From the NCBI GenBank assembly GCA_002070105.1, contig MWCQ01000003.1, forward strand, positions 143,101-207,100: 64,000 nucleotides of DNA, in the 5' to 3' direction. Under the pieces are notes generated by a model. It did not search any database and was not told the DNA's origin. It saw nothing but the letters and a program-made list of their open reading frames with translations. This stretch comes from Firmicutes bacterium ADurb.Bin193 (lineage in GTDB: Bacteria; Bacillota; Clostridia; Monoglobales; Firm-18). Positions within the stretch are counted from its first letter, which is position 1. Each line of letters begins with the position of its first letter. The translations under genes were made by a program, and so were the position numbers. Below, piece by piece: positions 31,895 to 44,102 of this stretch.

Positions 31895-33853
<1,959 letters not shown>

Positions 33854-33889
33854 AATTCACATTAAAAAACATAAGAAAGGCAACAAAAG

Positions 33890-36346
33890 ATGGATAATTT
33901 CGAGAACCAAAAAATAATTCCGGTTCAGCTTGTGAAGGAAATGAAAAAATCGTATATAGATTACGCCATGAGCGTTATTGTCGGGCGCGCACTGCCCGAT
34001 GTGCGCGACGGGCTTAAGCCTGTTCACAGGCGTATTCTCTATACCATGTACGAGGCGGGCTACACTCCCGACAAGCCGTATAAAAAGTGCGCGGCAACCG
34101 TCGGTGATGTTTTGGGTAAGTACCACCCTCACGGTGACGCCGCAGTTTATGACAGCCTTGTGCGTATGGCGCAGGACTTTTCGCTTCGGTACCCTCTTAT
34201 AGACGGGCACGGTAACTTCGGTTCTGTCGACGGCGACTCCGCCGCCGCCTACCGCTATACCGAGGCGAGGATGAGCCGTCTTTCGGTCGAGATGCTTACC
34301 GATATTGAAAAAGAAACGGTTGACATGATGCCCAACTATGACGAGCAGTGGATGGAGCCCACCGTTCTGCCGTCACGCTTTCCCAACCTTCTTGTAAACG
34401 GTTCTTCGGGAATTGCCGTCGGAATGGCGACGAATATTCCGCCGCACAATCTTACCGAGGTTATAAACGGCATAATAGCAACGATTGACGACCCCGACAT
34501 TACAATTGAAGAGCTTATGACCCACATAAAAGGGCCTGATTTCCCCACCGCGGGGCTTATACTTGGGCGGGACGGAATAAGAAGCGCATATACAACGGGG
34601 CGGGGCAAGGTTATTATGCGTGCCCGTGCCGAAATCGAAGCGGTAAGCGAAACGAAAAACAGGATTATCGTTACCGAAATACCCTATCAGGTCAACAAGG
34701 CAAGGCTTATCGAGAGAATAGCCGAGCTTGTCCACGAAAAGAAGGTTGAGGGTATTTCAGACCTTCGGGACGAGTCGGACAGGGACGGAATGAGGATTGT
34801 AATCGAGATTAAGCGGGATGCTAATCCCACTATAGTTCTTAACAATCTCTACAAACATACACAGTTGCAGGAAAGCTTCGGCATTATTATGCTTGCGCTT
34901 GTAAACAACGAGCCGAAAACCCTCAACCTCCGCGAGGTTCTGGATAATTATATAGACTTCCAGAAGGAAGTTATCATAAGACGAACGAAGTTTGACAAAA
35001 AGAAAGCCGAGGACAGGGCGCACATACTCGAAGGGCTTAGGATTGCGCTTGACAACATTGACGAGGTAATAAGCACAATACGAAAAAGCTACAACACCGC
35101 AAAGACAGACCTTATGGAGAAATTCGGGCTTACCGATATCCAGGCGCAGGCGATTTTGGATATGCGTCTTGCCCGCCTTTCCGGAATCGAGCGCGAGAAA
35201 ATCGATGCCGAGTATGACGAGCTTGTGAGTAAAATACACTATTACGCCGAGGTTCTTCAAAGCGAAAAAATGGTTTTGTCCATAGTAAGAGAGGAACTTT
35301 TGGCGATAAGGGACAAATTCGGCGACGAGAGGCGTACCGAGATAACCGAGGATTACAACAATATTGACATAGAGGATTTAATCGAAGAGGAGCAAAATGT
35401 CTTTACAATGACCCATTTCGGCTATGTTAAGCGCCTGCCGTGCGATACCTATAAAGAGCAAAAGCGCGGCGGCAAGGGTATTATCGGGCTTCAGACCCGT
35501 GAGGAGGATTTTGTCGAAACCCTCTTTACCTGCTCCACACATGACCTTCTTCTGTTCTTTACGGACAGGGGAAGGATGTACAGGTTAAAGGCATATCAGG
35601 TACCCGAAGCGGGAAGAACCGCAAAAGGAACGGCGATTGTCAACCTGCTTATGCTTGAGCAGGGCGAAAAGATTACCGCCGTAATACCTGTTAAAAAGTT
35701 CGAGGAGGACAAGTTCCTCGTTATGATGACGAAAAACGGTACGATTAAGAAAACTCCTCTTATGGAATATGACACCTCCAGAAAGGGAGGAATCAGGGCA
35801 ATAGACCTTGCCGATGATGATGAGCTTATACGCGTTAAGCTTACAACCGGAAACTGTGATGTAATTATCGGAACTCACCGCGGAATGGCGATTCGCTTTA
35901 ATGAAAAGGATGTTCGCCCGATGGGGAGGGTTGCAAAGGGCGTTAGAGGAATAAGGCTAAGCCGCGACGACTATGTTATAGGAATGAGCGTATGCCGCGA
36001 GGGAGGTGATCTTCTTGTGGTTTCGGAAAACGGTTTCGGAAAGAGGACCTGCTTAGATGAGTACAAGGTTCAGAGAAGAGGCGGAAAGGGTGTCTATACC
36101 TATAATATAACCGAAAAAACCGGCGCGGTTGCGGGAATTAAGGTTGTTACTGACAAGGACGACATAATGCTTATAACCTCTGAAGGTACGATTATAAGAA
36201 TGGCGGCAAAGGGTATTAACCGATTCGGGCGGGTTACGCAGGGCGTTACAATGATGAGATTTGACGACGGCATAAAGATAGTCGGACTTGCACGGACCGA
36301 GCATGAGGATATTGACGAAGATTTTGATTGTAATACAAAGCAATAA
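33890..36346 (+). CDS. gyrA: DNA gyrase subunit A
   Basis: 818 aa. Contains [11 protein letters not shown], a QRDR-like region ([10 protein letters not shown]), and the active-site [10 protein letters not shown]. Confidence 0.98.
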   Translation: MDNFENQKIIPVQLVKEMKKSYIDYAMSVIVGRALPDVRDGLKPVHRRILYTMYEAGYTPDKPYKKCAATVGDVLGKYHPHGDAAVYDSLVRMAQDFSLRYPLIDGHGNFGSVDGDSAAAYRYTEARMSRLSVEMLTDIEKETVDMMPNYDEQWMEPTVLPSRFPNLLVNGSSGIAVGMATNIPPHNLTEVINGIIATIDDPDITIEELMTHIKGPDFPTAGLILGRDGIRSAYTTGRGKVIMRARAEIEAVSETKNRIIVTEIPYQVNKARLIERIAELVHEKKVEGISDLRDESDRDGMRIVIEIKRDANPTIVLNNLYKHTQLQESFGIIMLALVNNEPKTLNLREVLDNYIDFQKEVIIRRTKFDKKKAEDRAHILEGLRIALDNIDEVISTIRKSYNTAKTDLMEKFGLTDIQAQAILDMRLARLSGIEREKIDAEYDELVSKIHYYAEVLQSEKMVLSIVREELLAIRDKFGDERRTEITEDYNNIDIEDLIEEEQNVFTMTHFGYVKRLPCDTYKEQKRGGKGIIGLQTREEDFVETLFTCSTHDLLLFFTDRGRMYRLKAYQVPEAGRTAKGTAIVNLLMLEQGEKITAVIPVKKFEEDKFLVMMTKNGTIKKTPLMEYDTSRKGGIRAIDLADDDELIRVKLTTGNCDVIIGTHRGMAIRFNEKDVRPMGRVAKGVRGIRLSRDDYVIGMSVCREGGDLLVVSENGFGKRTCLDEYKVQRRGGKGVYTYNITEKTGAVAGIKVVTDKDDIMLITSEGTIIRMAAKGINRFGRVTQGVTMMRFDDGIKIVGLARTEHEDIDEDFDCNTKQ

Positions 36347-36410
36347 AAATATTTGGGCAAGCCTTTAAAGCTGCTTTTTATGCGCTTAAAGGCGGACCGC
36401 GAGAGGAGAA

Positions 36411-36869
36411 ATGAAAATGAAAAAGATTTTTGCTGTGGTTTTGGTGGTTTTGGTGCTTTGCTCCGGGGCTGTAAGTTCACAAGGGGATATTCCGGTTTAT
36501 ATTAACGGGGAAAAGCTTGTGTTCGATGTTCAGCCGCAGATGATCAACGACAGGGTTATGGTTCCCATGCGTTTTATTTTTGAAAAGCTGGGTGCGACGG
36601 TACATTATGAAGAATCGACACAAACCATAACCGCAATGAGCAAAACAAAGGAAGATAAGATGATCTTCATATTCATTCAAATCGACAACACATTTGCATT
36701 CGTAAACAATCCGGAAGTAAGCGGGACTTCACAGACATATACGCTTGACAGCCCTCCTGTTCTGGTTGACGGGCGCACTCTTGTTCCCGTTCGCTTTGTA
36801 AGCGAGTCGTTTGGATGCAAGGTTGATTGGAATGATAAGGAGCAGGCGGTTTACATTACCAAAAACTAA
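36411..36869 (+). CDS. secreted protein with a copper-amine-oxidase-N-like ('stalk') domain
   Basis: 152 aa with a signal peptide. Contains INDRVMVPMRFIFEKLGATV and DGRTLVPVRFVSESFGCKVDW. Confidence 0.8.
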   Translation: MKMKKIFAVVLVVLVLCSGAVSSQGDIPVYINGEKLVFDVQPQMINDRVMVPMRFIFEKLGATVHYEESTQTITAMSKTKEDKMIFIFIQIDNTFAFVNNPEVSGTSQTYTLDSPPVLVDGRTLVPVRFVSESFGCKVDWNDKEQAVYITKN

Positions 36870-36945
36870 TAAAGCTTTCAAAAAGCGAAGAGAAAACGAG
36901 AAAGATTTTTAGAGGAGTTATCACTATGGCGGTGACTCCTCTGCC

Positions 36946-37572
36946 ATGCGTTTGGAATTTATGGCGTTAGGCATAAGGGAGCTCGCCTCTCTTATGCCTA
37001 AGCATGAGGAGGGGCGTGTATTGGCTATTGCAAATATAAAGGATTTGAGCGACGAGGATATAATACGGATTATAAACAATGCGCAGGACAAAAAGGCTGA
37101 CTACACCATGGAGGACCTTAAAGTGCTTCTTGCCGAGACTACAAACAGAAAGCTTAAAGAGCATACATACACTTTAACGCGCCTTATGGAGTCTGAAATC
37201 ACCGGCGAAAGCGAGCCTTCGAAAACCGCAACAACCGAGTCATATAACAAAAGGCCCGTTGCCGAAAAGACGCAGAAGGAAATTAGCCCGCCGCGTGAGT
37301 TTGACAACAGCTTTGCCGCCGAATATGACAAGTATCCTGTTTTAAGCTTTTTAATCGGGCTTTTCAAGTTTTTTGCATGGCTTTTCCTTTTAATCAGCGT
37401 TGTGGGGGGAGCCTTTGGGGGTTATGTCTATTTCAAGGGTGAGATCGTTTTTTTAATTGCCTCGGTTCTCAGCGGAATGACGGTGGGGATGGCTTTTTGG
37501 CTGTTTTTTTACGCCCAATCCGAAAAAATTTTGCTTCAGCTTGAAATAGAGAGGAACACCCGAAAAAAATAA
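36946..37572 (+). CDS. hypothetical membrane protein
   Basis: 208 aa with a soluble N-terminal half and two or three C-terminal TM helices. The start is uncertain (36946 or 36961). Confidence 0.55.
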   Translation: MRLEFMALGIRELASLMPKHEEGRVLAIANIKDLSDEDIIRIINNAQDKKADYTMEDLKVLLAETTNRKLKEHTYTLTRLMESEITGESEPSKTATTESYNKRPVAEKTQKEISPPREFDNSFAAEYDKYPVLSFLIGLFKFFAWLFLLISVVGGAFGGYVYFKGEIVFLIASVLSGMTVGMAFWLFFYAQSEKILLQLEIERNTRKK

Positions 37573-37610
37573 CAACAACCCAAAAGATTTGGGAAAATCT
37601 GAACAGGCAG

Positions 37611-37655
37611 AAAAAAGGCAATGTAAATTCGCTTGGGATTTACATAGCCTTTTTT
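37611..37655. terminator. bidirectional terminator between convergent genes
   Basis: 18-bp stem AAAAAAGGCAATGTAAAT/ATTTACATAGCCTTTTTT with one mismatch. A/T runs on both sides. Confidence 0.75.
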
Positions 37656-37660
37656 GGGGT

Positions 37661-38233
37661 TTACACTATAAAAGACTCGTAGCCGGTATATGGGTACAGA
37701 CCTTCATCCGTGTATATCTGCGATATCTGCCAAAAGTCATTGCTTTTAACGACAGTTATTATTGCCTTATAACTATCTGCGGGGCCGGCAGATGTTTCGG
37801 TATTGAAAACAAGATAGAATATATAACCGTCATCCTCGGTTTTCTCGGTTTTAATTATTTCATAGCCGCTGACCCACGGACTGGATATGCCTGTTACCCA
37901 GTTCGGAAATATTTTCTCCAGCTGCATAGCATACTCATCTTTCAACGCTTCGGTCATAACAGCGTATTGAAGGGCGGCGCTTCGTGTTTTCAGTCCCTCG
38001 GCCCACACCTCTATTGCTTTTTCGGGACGGCAAACACCCACTTCGCTTATTGCCGAAATAAGAAGCTGGCTTCTTATTTCATATTTATCGGCCTCTGCAA
38101 TCGACGGCAGTACGCTTACATATTTCAGATTTAAAAAATATCCGAGTATATTCAGTAGAATCACACCGGCCACAAAAAAACAGATAAAAGCAGCACATAG
38201 CTTTGTAACCCTTTTTGAAAAAATAAATTTCAT
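37661..38233 (-). CDS. hypothetical membrane-anchored protein
   Basis: 190 aa with an N-terminal TM helix. Preferred over the antisense ORF 37589-38134, which has Cys/Trp-rich nonsense composition. Confidence 0.6.
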   Translation of the reverse strand: MKFIFSKRVTKLCAAFICFFVAGVILLNILGYFLNLKYVSVLPSIAEADKYEIRSQLLISAISEVGVCRPEKAIEVWAEGLKTRSAALQYAVMTEALKDEYAMQLEKIFPNWVTGISSPWVSGYEIIKTEKTEDDGYIFYLVFNTETSAGPADSYKAIITVVKSNDFWQISQIYTDEGLYPYTGYESFIV

Positions 38234-38382
38234 ATAATCCCCCCCGATACTAATTTTAACTTGTACCTTATAAGCAAATTAGTATAACATTCTTTGTATA
38301 ATATATGATGTTTGTGAAGGCATAATGCTATTTTATAACTCAATCGAAAAACATCGTTTTGTCGGGAGCAACGACCCCAACA

Positions 38383-38423
38383 ACAGCAAAAAAACGGCAT
38401 TTAGCCGTTTTTCTGCTAACGAC
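38383..38423 (-). repeat. conserved terminator-type repeat, copy A
   Basis: ACAGCAAAAAAACGGCATTTAGCCGTTTTTCTGCTAACGAC. It forms a hairpin with a T-run on the minus strand, downstream of the DUF438 gene. Two related copies lie at 40135 and 41398. Confidence 0.65.
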
Positions 38424-38449
38424 TAGCAACTAGTAACTAGCAACTAGTA
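38422..38449. repeat. perfect 2 x 14-nt tandem repeat
   Basis: ACTAGCAACTAGTA ACTAGCAACTAGTA, giving four AACTAG cores. It directly abuts repeat copy A. Confidence 0.8.
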
Positions 38450-38475
38450 CACTCCTATTGCCTGCGCAGTCCGTA

Positions 38476-39660
38476 TCAATCGGACAACATTCTCTTTTCC
38501 CCTTTGATATTCTGTATTGGCGCGATATTCTGGGTGACTTCCAAAACGCCCAAATACTCGCCGTTTGTATCATGTACTGCAAAATACCGTATCAAAACAT
38601 ATTTATTCCCCATACGAATCCAAAAATCCTCGCTGGTCTTTACGCCGCTTTTAAAATCGTTTACCAGTTTTTCAACGACATGCACGCTTGCGGGCGGATG
38701 GCAGTTTGATATATTGCGCCCGATTACCGACGGCGTTCTCGGAAAGATACGCTCATTGTTTTGCGAAAAGTATCGTACCGTATCATCCTTTCCGACAAAG
38801 GAAATATCTACGGGCAGCGTATTGAGCACGCACTCCAGCTCTTTTAGGGTGAATATACCGGTGGGAAGATTTATTACTCCCTCTTTTGCGCCTTCGGCGG
38901 ACCGTGTTGTTTGCTCCGATGCGGGTTGGCCCGATTTCCACTGCGGAACGCGGTCAATCAGGCAGTAGCCGAATTCTATGCTTTCGTCCGCTATGTTTTT
39001 CCACTCGTCCTGGGTCAAATTCTCCAAAAGGATGGGAAGAAGAATATTTTCTTCCTTAAAAATCATATCCAAAGCCTTGGTAAATGCCTCCTCCGCCTTT
39101 TGGCGCAGATCCCCTTCGGGTGCATCTTTTAAAGCTTTCAACATTTCGCGGATTTCGTCGTCAACCCCCCACATCACTTTGGGCGGGGCGGTAATGCCGT
39201 ACTGCTCCATATAGGGAAACATAAGGTTTTCCTTCTTTTTGTAGTGAATATCCACGCCGAGATACAGCTTGTCCAGCCCTTGCACAAAGGCTGTACGGTT
39301 ATCGTCTGAAAGTAAAGTTCGAAGCTGTGTGATTAAGTCTTGAATGGCCTGGTTTTCCCGCTTAAGGATGTTTACGGGGTGGCCGGGAATTTCGGAGAGA
39401 TCGACGGGGCGGTGTATTTCCTCAATGGAACCCTTAAACACCTCCGCGTGCACATCGCAAAGCCTCTGAACCTCGGTAACAGGCAGGCCGCCTTGAATAA
39501 GAGCCTGTTCCGCCTGAGATATCTCCTCGGCGGAAACACCTTCAAAAACCTGTGCAAACTGGCCTTTAACCTCGTCAACCGTTTTGCCCTCATGCAGCTG
39601 GGTCAGAATACTTTTCAGCGTATTCTTACGATATTCGCGATTGTTGATATACTCACTCAT
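38476..39660 (-). CDS. DUF438 / hemerythrin-like / PAS domain protein
   Basis: The track ORF starts at 39702. ATG 39660 (MSEYINNREYRKNTLKSILTQLHEGKTVDEVKGQF) follows GGAGGGAGGA. A C-terminal PAS-like region is present. The gene is paired with DUF1858. Confidence 0.75.
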   Translation of the reverse strand: MSEYINNREYRKNTLKSILTQLHEGKTVDEVKGQFAQVFEGVSAEEISQAEQALIQGGLPVTEVQRLCDVHAEVFKGSIEEIHRPVDLSEIPGHPVNILKRENQAIQDLITQLRTLLSDDNRTAFVQGLDKLYLGVDIHYKKKENLMFPYMEQYGITAPPKVMWGVDDEIREMLKALKDAPEGDLRQKAEEAFTKALDMIFKEENILLPILLENLTQDEWKNIADESIEFGYCLIDRVPQWKSGQPASEQTTRSAEGAKEGVINLPTGIFTLKELECVLNTLPVDISFVGKDDTVRYFSQNNERIFPRTPSVIGRNISNCHPPASVHVVEKLVNDFKSGVKTSEDFWIRMGNKYVLIRYFAVHDTNGEYLGVLEVTQNIAPIQNIKGEKRMLSD

Positions 39661-39901
39661 GTTCGTTTCCTCCCTCCACCAATTCATATCCCCGTTCGGC
39701 AAACGCCTGCCGAATCAGCGAAATGTCAATGCGCCGCAGAGACGCACCCTTGGGAATGGTCATAAACCGCCCTGCGGTTTGAAGCATCCCCGGCTTTGTA
39801 ATGTCGGTAAACCCTAATTCCGCCAGAATGTCTACGACGGCAGGGTTTTCACTGCACAATTCATATACGGTTTTTGTAAGATCAATCTTCTTTTCCGACA
39901 T
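39653..39901 (-). CDS. DUF1858 domain protein
   Basis: 82 aa with TVYELCSENPAVVDILAELGF. It overlaps the DUF438 gene start by 8 nt; the pairing is a known one. Confidence 0.75.
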   Translation of the reverse strand: MSEKKIDLTKTVYELCSENPAVVDILAELGFTDITKPGMLQTAGRFMTIPKGASLRRIDISLIRQAFAERGYELVEGGNEHE

Positions 39902-40134
39902 TATATCCTCCTCCCTTTTTGTTTTCTATATTCCTTCAAAATATATTGACAGCTTTTTTGGCAAAAAAGCAGGATACATATAGTTTACCCCATATTACGG
40001 GGTTATTATCCCAATAAAAGGTTTTCTTACCAATGCTTAACTCAATCATACCATATTTCGCCAAGACAATCAATCGGTAAATGGACTAATTTTATATCTG
40101 CAAAAGGGAGACATGCGGGGGAATATACCCATAT

Positions 40135-40176
40135 ACAGCAAAAAAACGGCACTCGGCCGTTTTTATCGACAACTGT
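40135..40176 (-). repeat. conserved terminator-type repeat, copy B
   Basis: ACAGCAAAAAAACGGCACTCGGCCGTTTTTATCGACAACTGT, 25 nt downstream of the esterase stop. Confidence 0.65.
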
Positions 40177-40200
40177 GTATTTGTCTTAAATAGATTCGGC

Positions 40201-41247
40201 TTACTTTTGTTTCAGAAATTCAATAAAATGAAGCCAATCTTCTCTGCTGAAAAAGTGAAGCCCTGCCCTTAAATGGTATCCTATATTTCCTTTGTGAAAA
40301 ACTTCGCCTGCTTCCGGCAAATTATCATTATGTATAAGACCGTCCAAACCCATTTTTTCAAAAACCTCACTTGCGGCGACACACGATAAAAATTCGGATA
40401 CAGGGTCCGCCCACAAATCTTCCTCGGCACTTGCGACATAAACCTTTCGGGGGGCAATGGCCGCTAATAAAAAATGCTGATCAAATGGCATATCAAACTC
40501 TTTATCAATATACTTTTTATAATTATCGCAAAACCAGTACGGGAAACGATTGCAAATATTTTTTATTGTTTCTCCTTGCTTGCCTCTGGAAATTGCCGCG
40601 CCGCTGCAACCTGATTCATTTGAAATGGCACATGAAAATCTTTCGTCAGTAGCCCCTGTTAAAAGCGAGGTTTTTCCCAATCTTGAATGTCCGACTATCG
40701 TGGCTCTTGTTAAATCGAGCTCTGTTAAGGTTTGTGCATAATCCATAACGCGCGAAGCCGCCCATGACCACATCGCTATTTTCCCGCTATCGTTGTCCTT
40801 TCTTGCTTTTCCGTTATATATAATACCCGCTAATCCGTTGGAAAAATCATTATCATCGGATGTAACATCCTTATAGCAAAATGACAGCACAGCAAAACCG
40901 TTATCGCAGATTTCTTCTGACGGCATATACTTATCCGGCACATTATCTCTGAAATTAATATGTACAAAAAAAGGGTATTTCTTTTGTGCTTTCGGAATGC
41001 AAACACAAATCGGAAAAAAAAAACTACCGCTTTTAAAGTCGGCCTTCAGCAATACCTTTTTCAAAGGCGCTTTACCCGCGCAAAAGCGATTATCCTCCTC
41101 CACAACCTCCCACGACAGCTTTTCGGGCTTAGGAGGCAAAAAACCATATTCTTCGTTACAAAGAATATTAATTATTTCACTTCTTCTTTCGTTCCAATCT
41201 TTATCTTGCGGATTCCATATCGGCATTAACTTCCTGCTATCTATCAT
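40201..41247 (-). CDS. alpha/beta hydrolase, glucuronoyl-esterase (CE15)-like
   Basis: The track ORF extends to 41415 through a Cys/Arg-rich, implausible leader, so I prefer ATG 41247 (MIDSRKLMPIWNP). The nucleophile motif GHSRLGK resembles the CE15 G-x-S-R-x-G-K motif (from memory). Confidence 0.55.
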   Translation of the reverse strand: MIDSRKLMPIWNPQDKDWNERRSEIINILCNEEYGFLPPKPEKLSWEVVEEDNRFCAGKAPLKKVLLKADFKSGSFFFPICVCIPKAQKKYPFFVHINFRDNVPDKYMPSEEICDNGFAVLSFCYKDVTSDDNDFSNGLAGIIYNGKARKDNDSGKIAMWSWAASRVMDYAQTLTELDLTRATIVGHSRLGKTSLLTGATDERFSCAISNESGCSGAAISRGKQGETIKNICNRFPYWFCDNYKKYIDKEFDMPFDQHFLLAAIAPRKVYVASAEEDLWADPVSEFLSCVAASEVFEKMGLDGLIHNDNLPEAGEVFHKGNIGYHLRAGLHFFSREDWLHFIEFLKQK

Positions 41248-41397
41248 TTTATCAAGCAAAACAATCACCTCAATTTTAACATATAACCGGCAACACAATT
41301 GTAGCATAAATTGCAGATTATAACAACACAAAAAAGCTGCCGAACAAATTCGGCGGTATATAGCAAAACCGGCACGCCGGGGTCGTCGTGCCCTACA

Positions 41398-41443
41398 ACA
41401 GCAGAAAAACGGCATTAAACCGTTTTTCTATTGACAACTGCTG
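41398..41443 (-). repeat. conserved terminator-type repeat, copy C
   Basis: ACAGCAGAAAAACGGCATTAAACCGTTTTTCTATTGACAACTGCTG, at the core side of the island junction. Confidence 0.6.
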
Positions 41444-41549
41444 AATGAAAACTGTTTCGGGTCGCCACCAGGATTTGCCCGCTTGCGCGGCTCGCGCTTT
41501 TTGCTTCGCAAAAAGTCGCAGGACAAGTTCAAATCCTTGAATGTATAAA

Positions 41550-41590
41550 CCAAAAGAAAGTCCCCACCGTCGGCGAGGACTTTCTTTTGG
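41550..41590 (-). terminator. strong hairpin / terminator
   Basis: Perfect 14-bp stem CCAAAAGAAAGTCC/GGACTTTCTTTTGG with a 13-nt loop. T-rich tail on the minus strand. Confidence 0.6.
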
Positions 41591-41612
41591 CAAAGATGGT
41601 CAGCTTTAATAC

Positions 41613-41647
41613 AAATGCACCCATTACAAAGATGGGTGCATTTTTTT
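41613..41647. terminator. terminator hairpin at the island edge
   Basis: AAATGCACCCAT-TACAAAG-ATGGGTGCATTT followed by T7. The right arm is partly duplicated at 41649-41661. Confidence 0.65.
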
Positions 41648-41920
41648 GAAATGGGTGCAAGTACATTGCAAAGCGAAGACCCGACCTATACCATCATTTT
41701 ATTTATAAATAATTCATATTATTTATAATTGTCATTACTAAAATTAAAGCATTTGACATTTAGTAAACACTATTGAAAAATCAAATATGGCATGAACTTT
41801 TAGAAGCAAGGGAGATTACTCGCCAATCTTTCCATGCACATCTTTATAATAGCTTGCTACGGTAAAAGCATATTTTTACACGCTTTGTTAATAATATTGA
41901 TTTTTTTGTTTATTATAAAA

Positions 41921-44086
41921 TTACTCACTAATTGTTGCTATTCTATTTTCCTCATCCCAACTAACAGTAAAGCCAAGCTCTTCCGACAAAAAACGCAACG
42001 GCACCATTGTTTTGCTGTCGATAAGGCGAGCGGGAACATCCATCTGTTTTATCTGACCGTTAACCCTTGCATTTGTATCATTAATAGAAAACATAATGCT
42101 ATTATTTGAGCCTTTCACCAATGCTCTTTGTGTCTCTCCATCCCAATCCACTTCCGCGCCTAATGTTTCAAATATAAAGCGTAGCGGCACAAGTGTTCGG
42201 TCATTTTCAATAACCGGTGGTGTATCAAACCCGAGAATCTTATCGCCAACCCTTACATATGTCGGGTTTTCAATATTTATTGCATTTCTAATCTCATTAA
42301 TGTCAAAAGTGATATACCATCCGGATTGATTGTATATAATTTTATCACCCAAAATGTAAAACATTTTATCAGTACCGTTATACATAGTATTGGCTAAAAA
42401 AGCAAAATCACCTTGTATGGGTATTTCAACAAAATACACGCCATCGTTAGAAAATCCGAATGATAAATTTCCATTGCTGTCAACCGTTCGCTTTACATAC
42501 ATATCGCCAATAACTTGTATGTTTGGTATCGTAGTTTTAGTTTCATATGCTATTTCAGCAAAATTTAAATTGTTCACTTCATACATGACGCGGGTTACAT
42601 CGGTTTGTGATATATATGTTTGAAGTCCTGTATATTCACGCTCTGTTAATATTGTGCTCTTTCCATTGCTCTTCGGTGCTTCGATAAGATTTTTCTCTAA
42701 TGACCAATCCTTAAAGTTTCTGGAGGAATATACACCAGCAAAAGCCACTTTATTAGCGACACTTCCAAGACGCACATAATATGTCTCATTTGAAAATGCT
42801 AAATCCATTATATCTCCATCAAAGGTATGTTCATCAACAAGATTTAACAATTCATCATAAAGCCAAATTTTATTACCGCCGTATTCAGCAGTCACAAGAT
42901 AATGCTTTCCTGTCCACTGTATTTTGTAAGCGTATCTTTCCCAAAATGCTTGGTAATTCTCAGCCGTTATTCCCGAATCGTAAAAATGCACCTTGTCCGT
43001 TGTCATTTCGATAATTCCCGTTTCAAGGTTTCTTCGTATATATTCTTTACCAGTCCAGTACAAGTTTTCAACAAAAGGCTCTTGATGTATATTTTGTGCA
43101 ATGCCGTCATTTTCTAACCAGTTGCCAGTTTCTGCGTCGTACCAGCAAATAGCCCCTTTACTAAAATCAACTATTTTGTCGTTTACCAATAAAGCTACAC
43201 CTACATAGCCTTTAGAAGGCAAAGTCATACGCTCAAAATTAATGCCATCATTCGAGGCGTATGCGTTATAATTTATAAAATAGTAGAATTTACCACCCGC
43301 ATGAAGTAAAGTTGCATCCTTATCCGCACCCGATATGTCAACTATAGTTTTTGACCAGTTCCCATTTTCCAAGGAATCGATTACATAACGAACCAATGTG
43401 TTTCTTTCGTAAAAATATAGTATATATTCCCCATTGCTGTATGTAAACAGTAATCGCTTACGGGTAGTATCCTCCTCGTTGTTCAGCAGCGGCATAATAT
43501 TCCAAGTTTTCATATCCTGTGACCATAGTATGTTTTTTGTTCTCCCAAGCGCAAAATAAATATCATTCAAAACATATATTTGAGGTGCAAACGCATTGAT
43601 AAGGCTTACACCCTCGGGGTTGATTGCAATTTCCTCAAAATCATTAAAATCAGATGTTAAGCCAACAGTCACACTTACCATAGGAAGTGTGCCCTCCTCA
43701 TTCCTTACCAGATATTTACCGTTTATAAAAGCGAAATCATTCCCTGCCGAATATTTGCATGACTGCCCAGTCCAATTGTATCCGTCATATGAACGATAAA
43801 CATTGTAATTGCTGATAAAAACAAATTGACTTCCATCCCATAATATTTTATTTATGTCCGAATAACACACATTAGAAACTTCGGTCCAATTTGTCAAATC
43901 CTCAGATACGGCAATAAAACCTTTTTCCCCAACCGCTACATATATAATGCCGTTATATGCGCAGTCAAATACAGCGGAGGCAGACTCCCTCGCTATGGTA
44001 TAACTAAGATCTCCCGTAAAAGCATGCACAGAAGTGCAGGCAAAATATACCCCGATAATTAACCACGTGATTATTAACTTTTTCAT
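41921..44086 (-). CDS. P5: secreted repeat (beta-propeller-like) protein with two C-terminal copper-amine-oxidase-N-like domains
   Basis: ATG 44086 (MKKLIITWLIIGVYFACTSVHA signal peptide) lies 7 nt after GGAGGAG. The body is Trp/Tyr/Asn-rich and repetitive. The C-terminus has NDRTLVPLRFIFETLGAEVDWD and DSKTMVPLRFLSEELGFTVSWD. Confidence 0.85.
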   Translation of the reverse strand: MKKLIITWLIIGVYFACTSVHAFTGDLSYTIARESASAVFDCAYNGIIYVAVGEKGFIAVSEDLTNWTEVSNVCYSDINKILWDGSQFVFISNYNVYRSYDGYNWTGQSCKYSAGNDFAFINGKYLVRNEEGTLPMVSVTVGLTSDFNDFEEIAINPEGVSLINAFAPQIYVLNDIYFALGRTKNILWSQDMKTWNIMPLLNNEEDTTRKRLLFTYSNGEYILYFYERNTLVRYVIDSLENGNWSKTIVDISGADKDATLLHAGGKFYYFINYNAYASNDGINFERMTLPSKGYVGVALLVNDKIVDFSKGAICWYDAETGNWLENDGIAQNIHQEPFVENLYWTGKEYIRRNLETGIIEMTTDKVHFYDSGITAENYQAFWERYAYKIQWTGKHYLVTAEYGGNKIWLYDELLNLVDEHTFDGDIMDLAFSNETYYVRLGSVANKVAFAGVYSSRNFKDWSLEKNLIEAPKSNGKSTILTEREYTGLQTYISQTDVTRVMYEVNNLNFAEIAYETKTTIPNIQVIGDMYVKRTVDSNGNLSFGFSNDGVYFVEIPIQGDFAFLANTMYNGTDKMFYILGDKIIYNQSGWYITFDINEIRNAINIENPTYVRVGDKILGFDTPPVIENDRTLVPLRFIFETLGAEVDWDGETQRALVKGSNNSIMFSINDTNARVNGQIKQMDVPARLIDSKTMVPLRFLSEELGFTVSWDEENRIATISE

Positions 44087-44102
44087 ATCTATCTCCTCCA
44101 AC

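Noticed and set aside
37589-38134. 181-aa plus-strand ORF overlapping 37661-38233(-)
   Set aside because: Cys/Trp/Tyr-rich composition and no RBS. The minus-strand ORF has a TM anchor, an RBS and a terminator.
41248-41415. N-terminal 56-codon extension of the esterase ORF (MPFFCCCRARRPRRAG...)
   Set aside because: It is Cys/Arg-rich and runs through hairpin and terminator sequences (repeat copy C). Hydrolase-like sequence begins at Met57, so I moved the start to 41247.
41515-41550. tRNA-like T-arm motif GTTCAAATCC followed by ..AACCA
   Set aside because: Only a 4-bp stem with an 8-nt loop can form. No acceptor, D or anticodon arms can be drawn on either strand. At most it is a degenerate remnant, not a tRNA gene.
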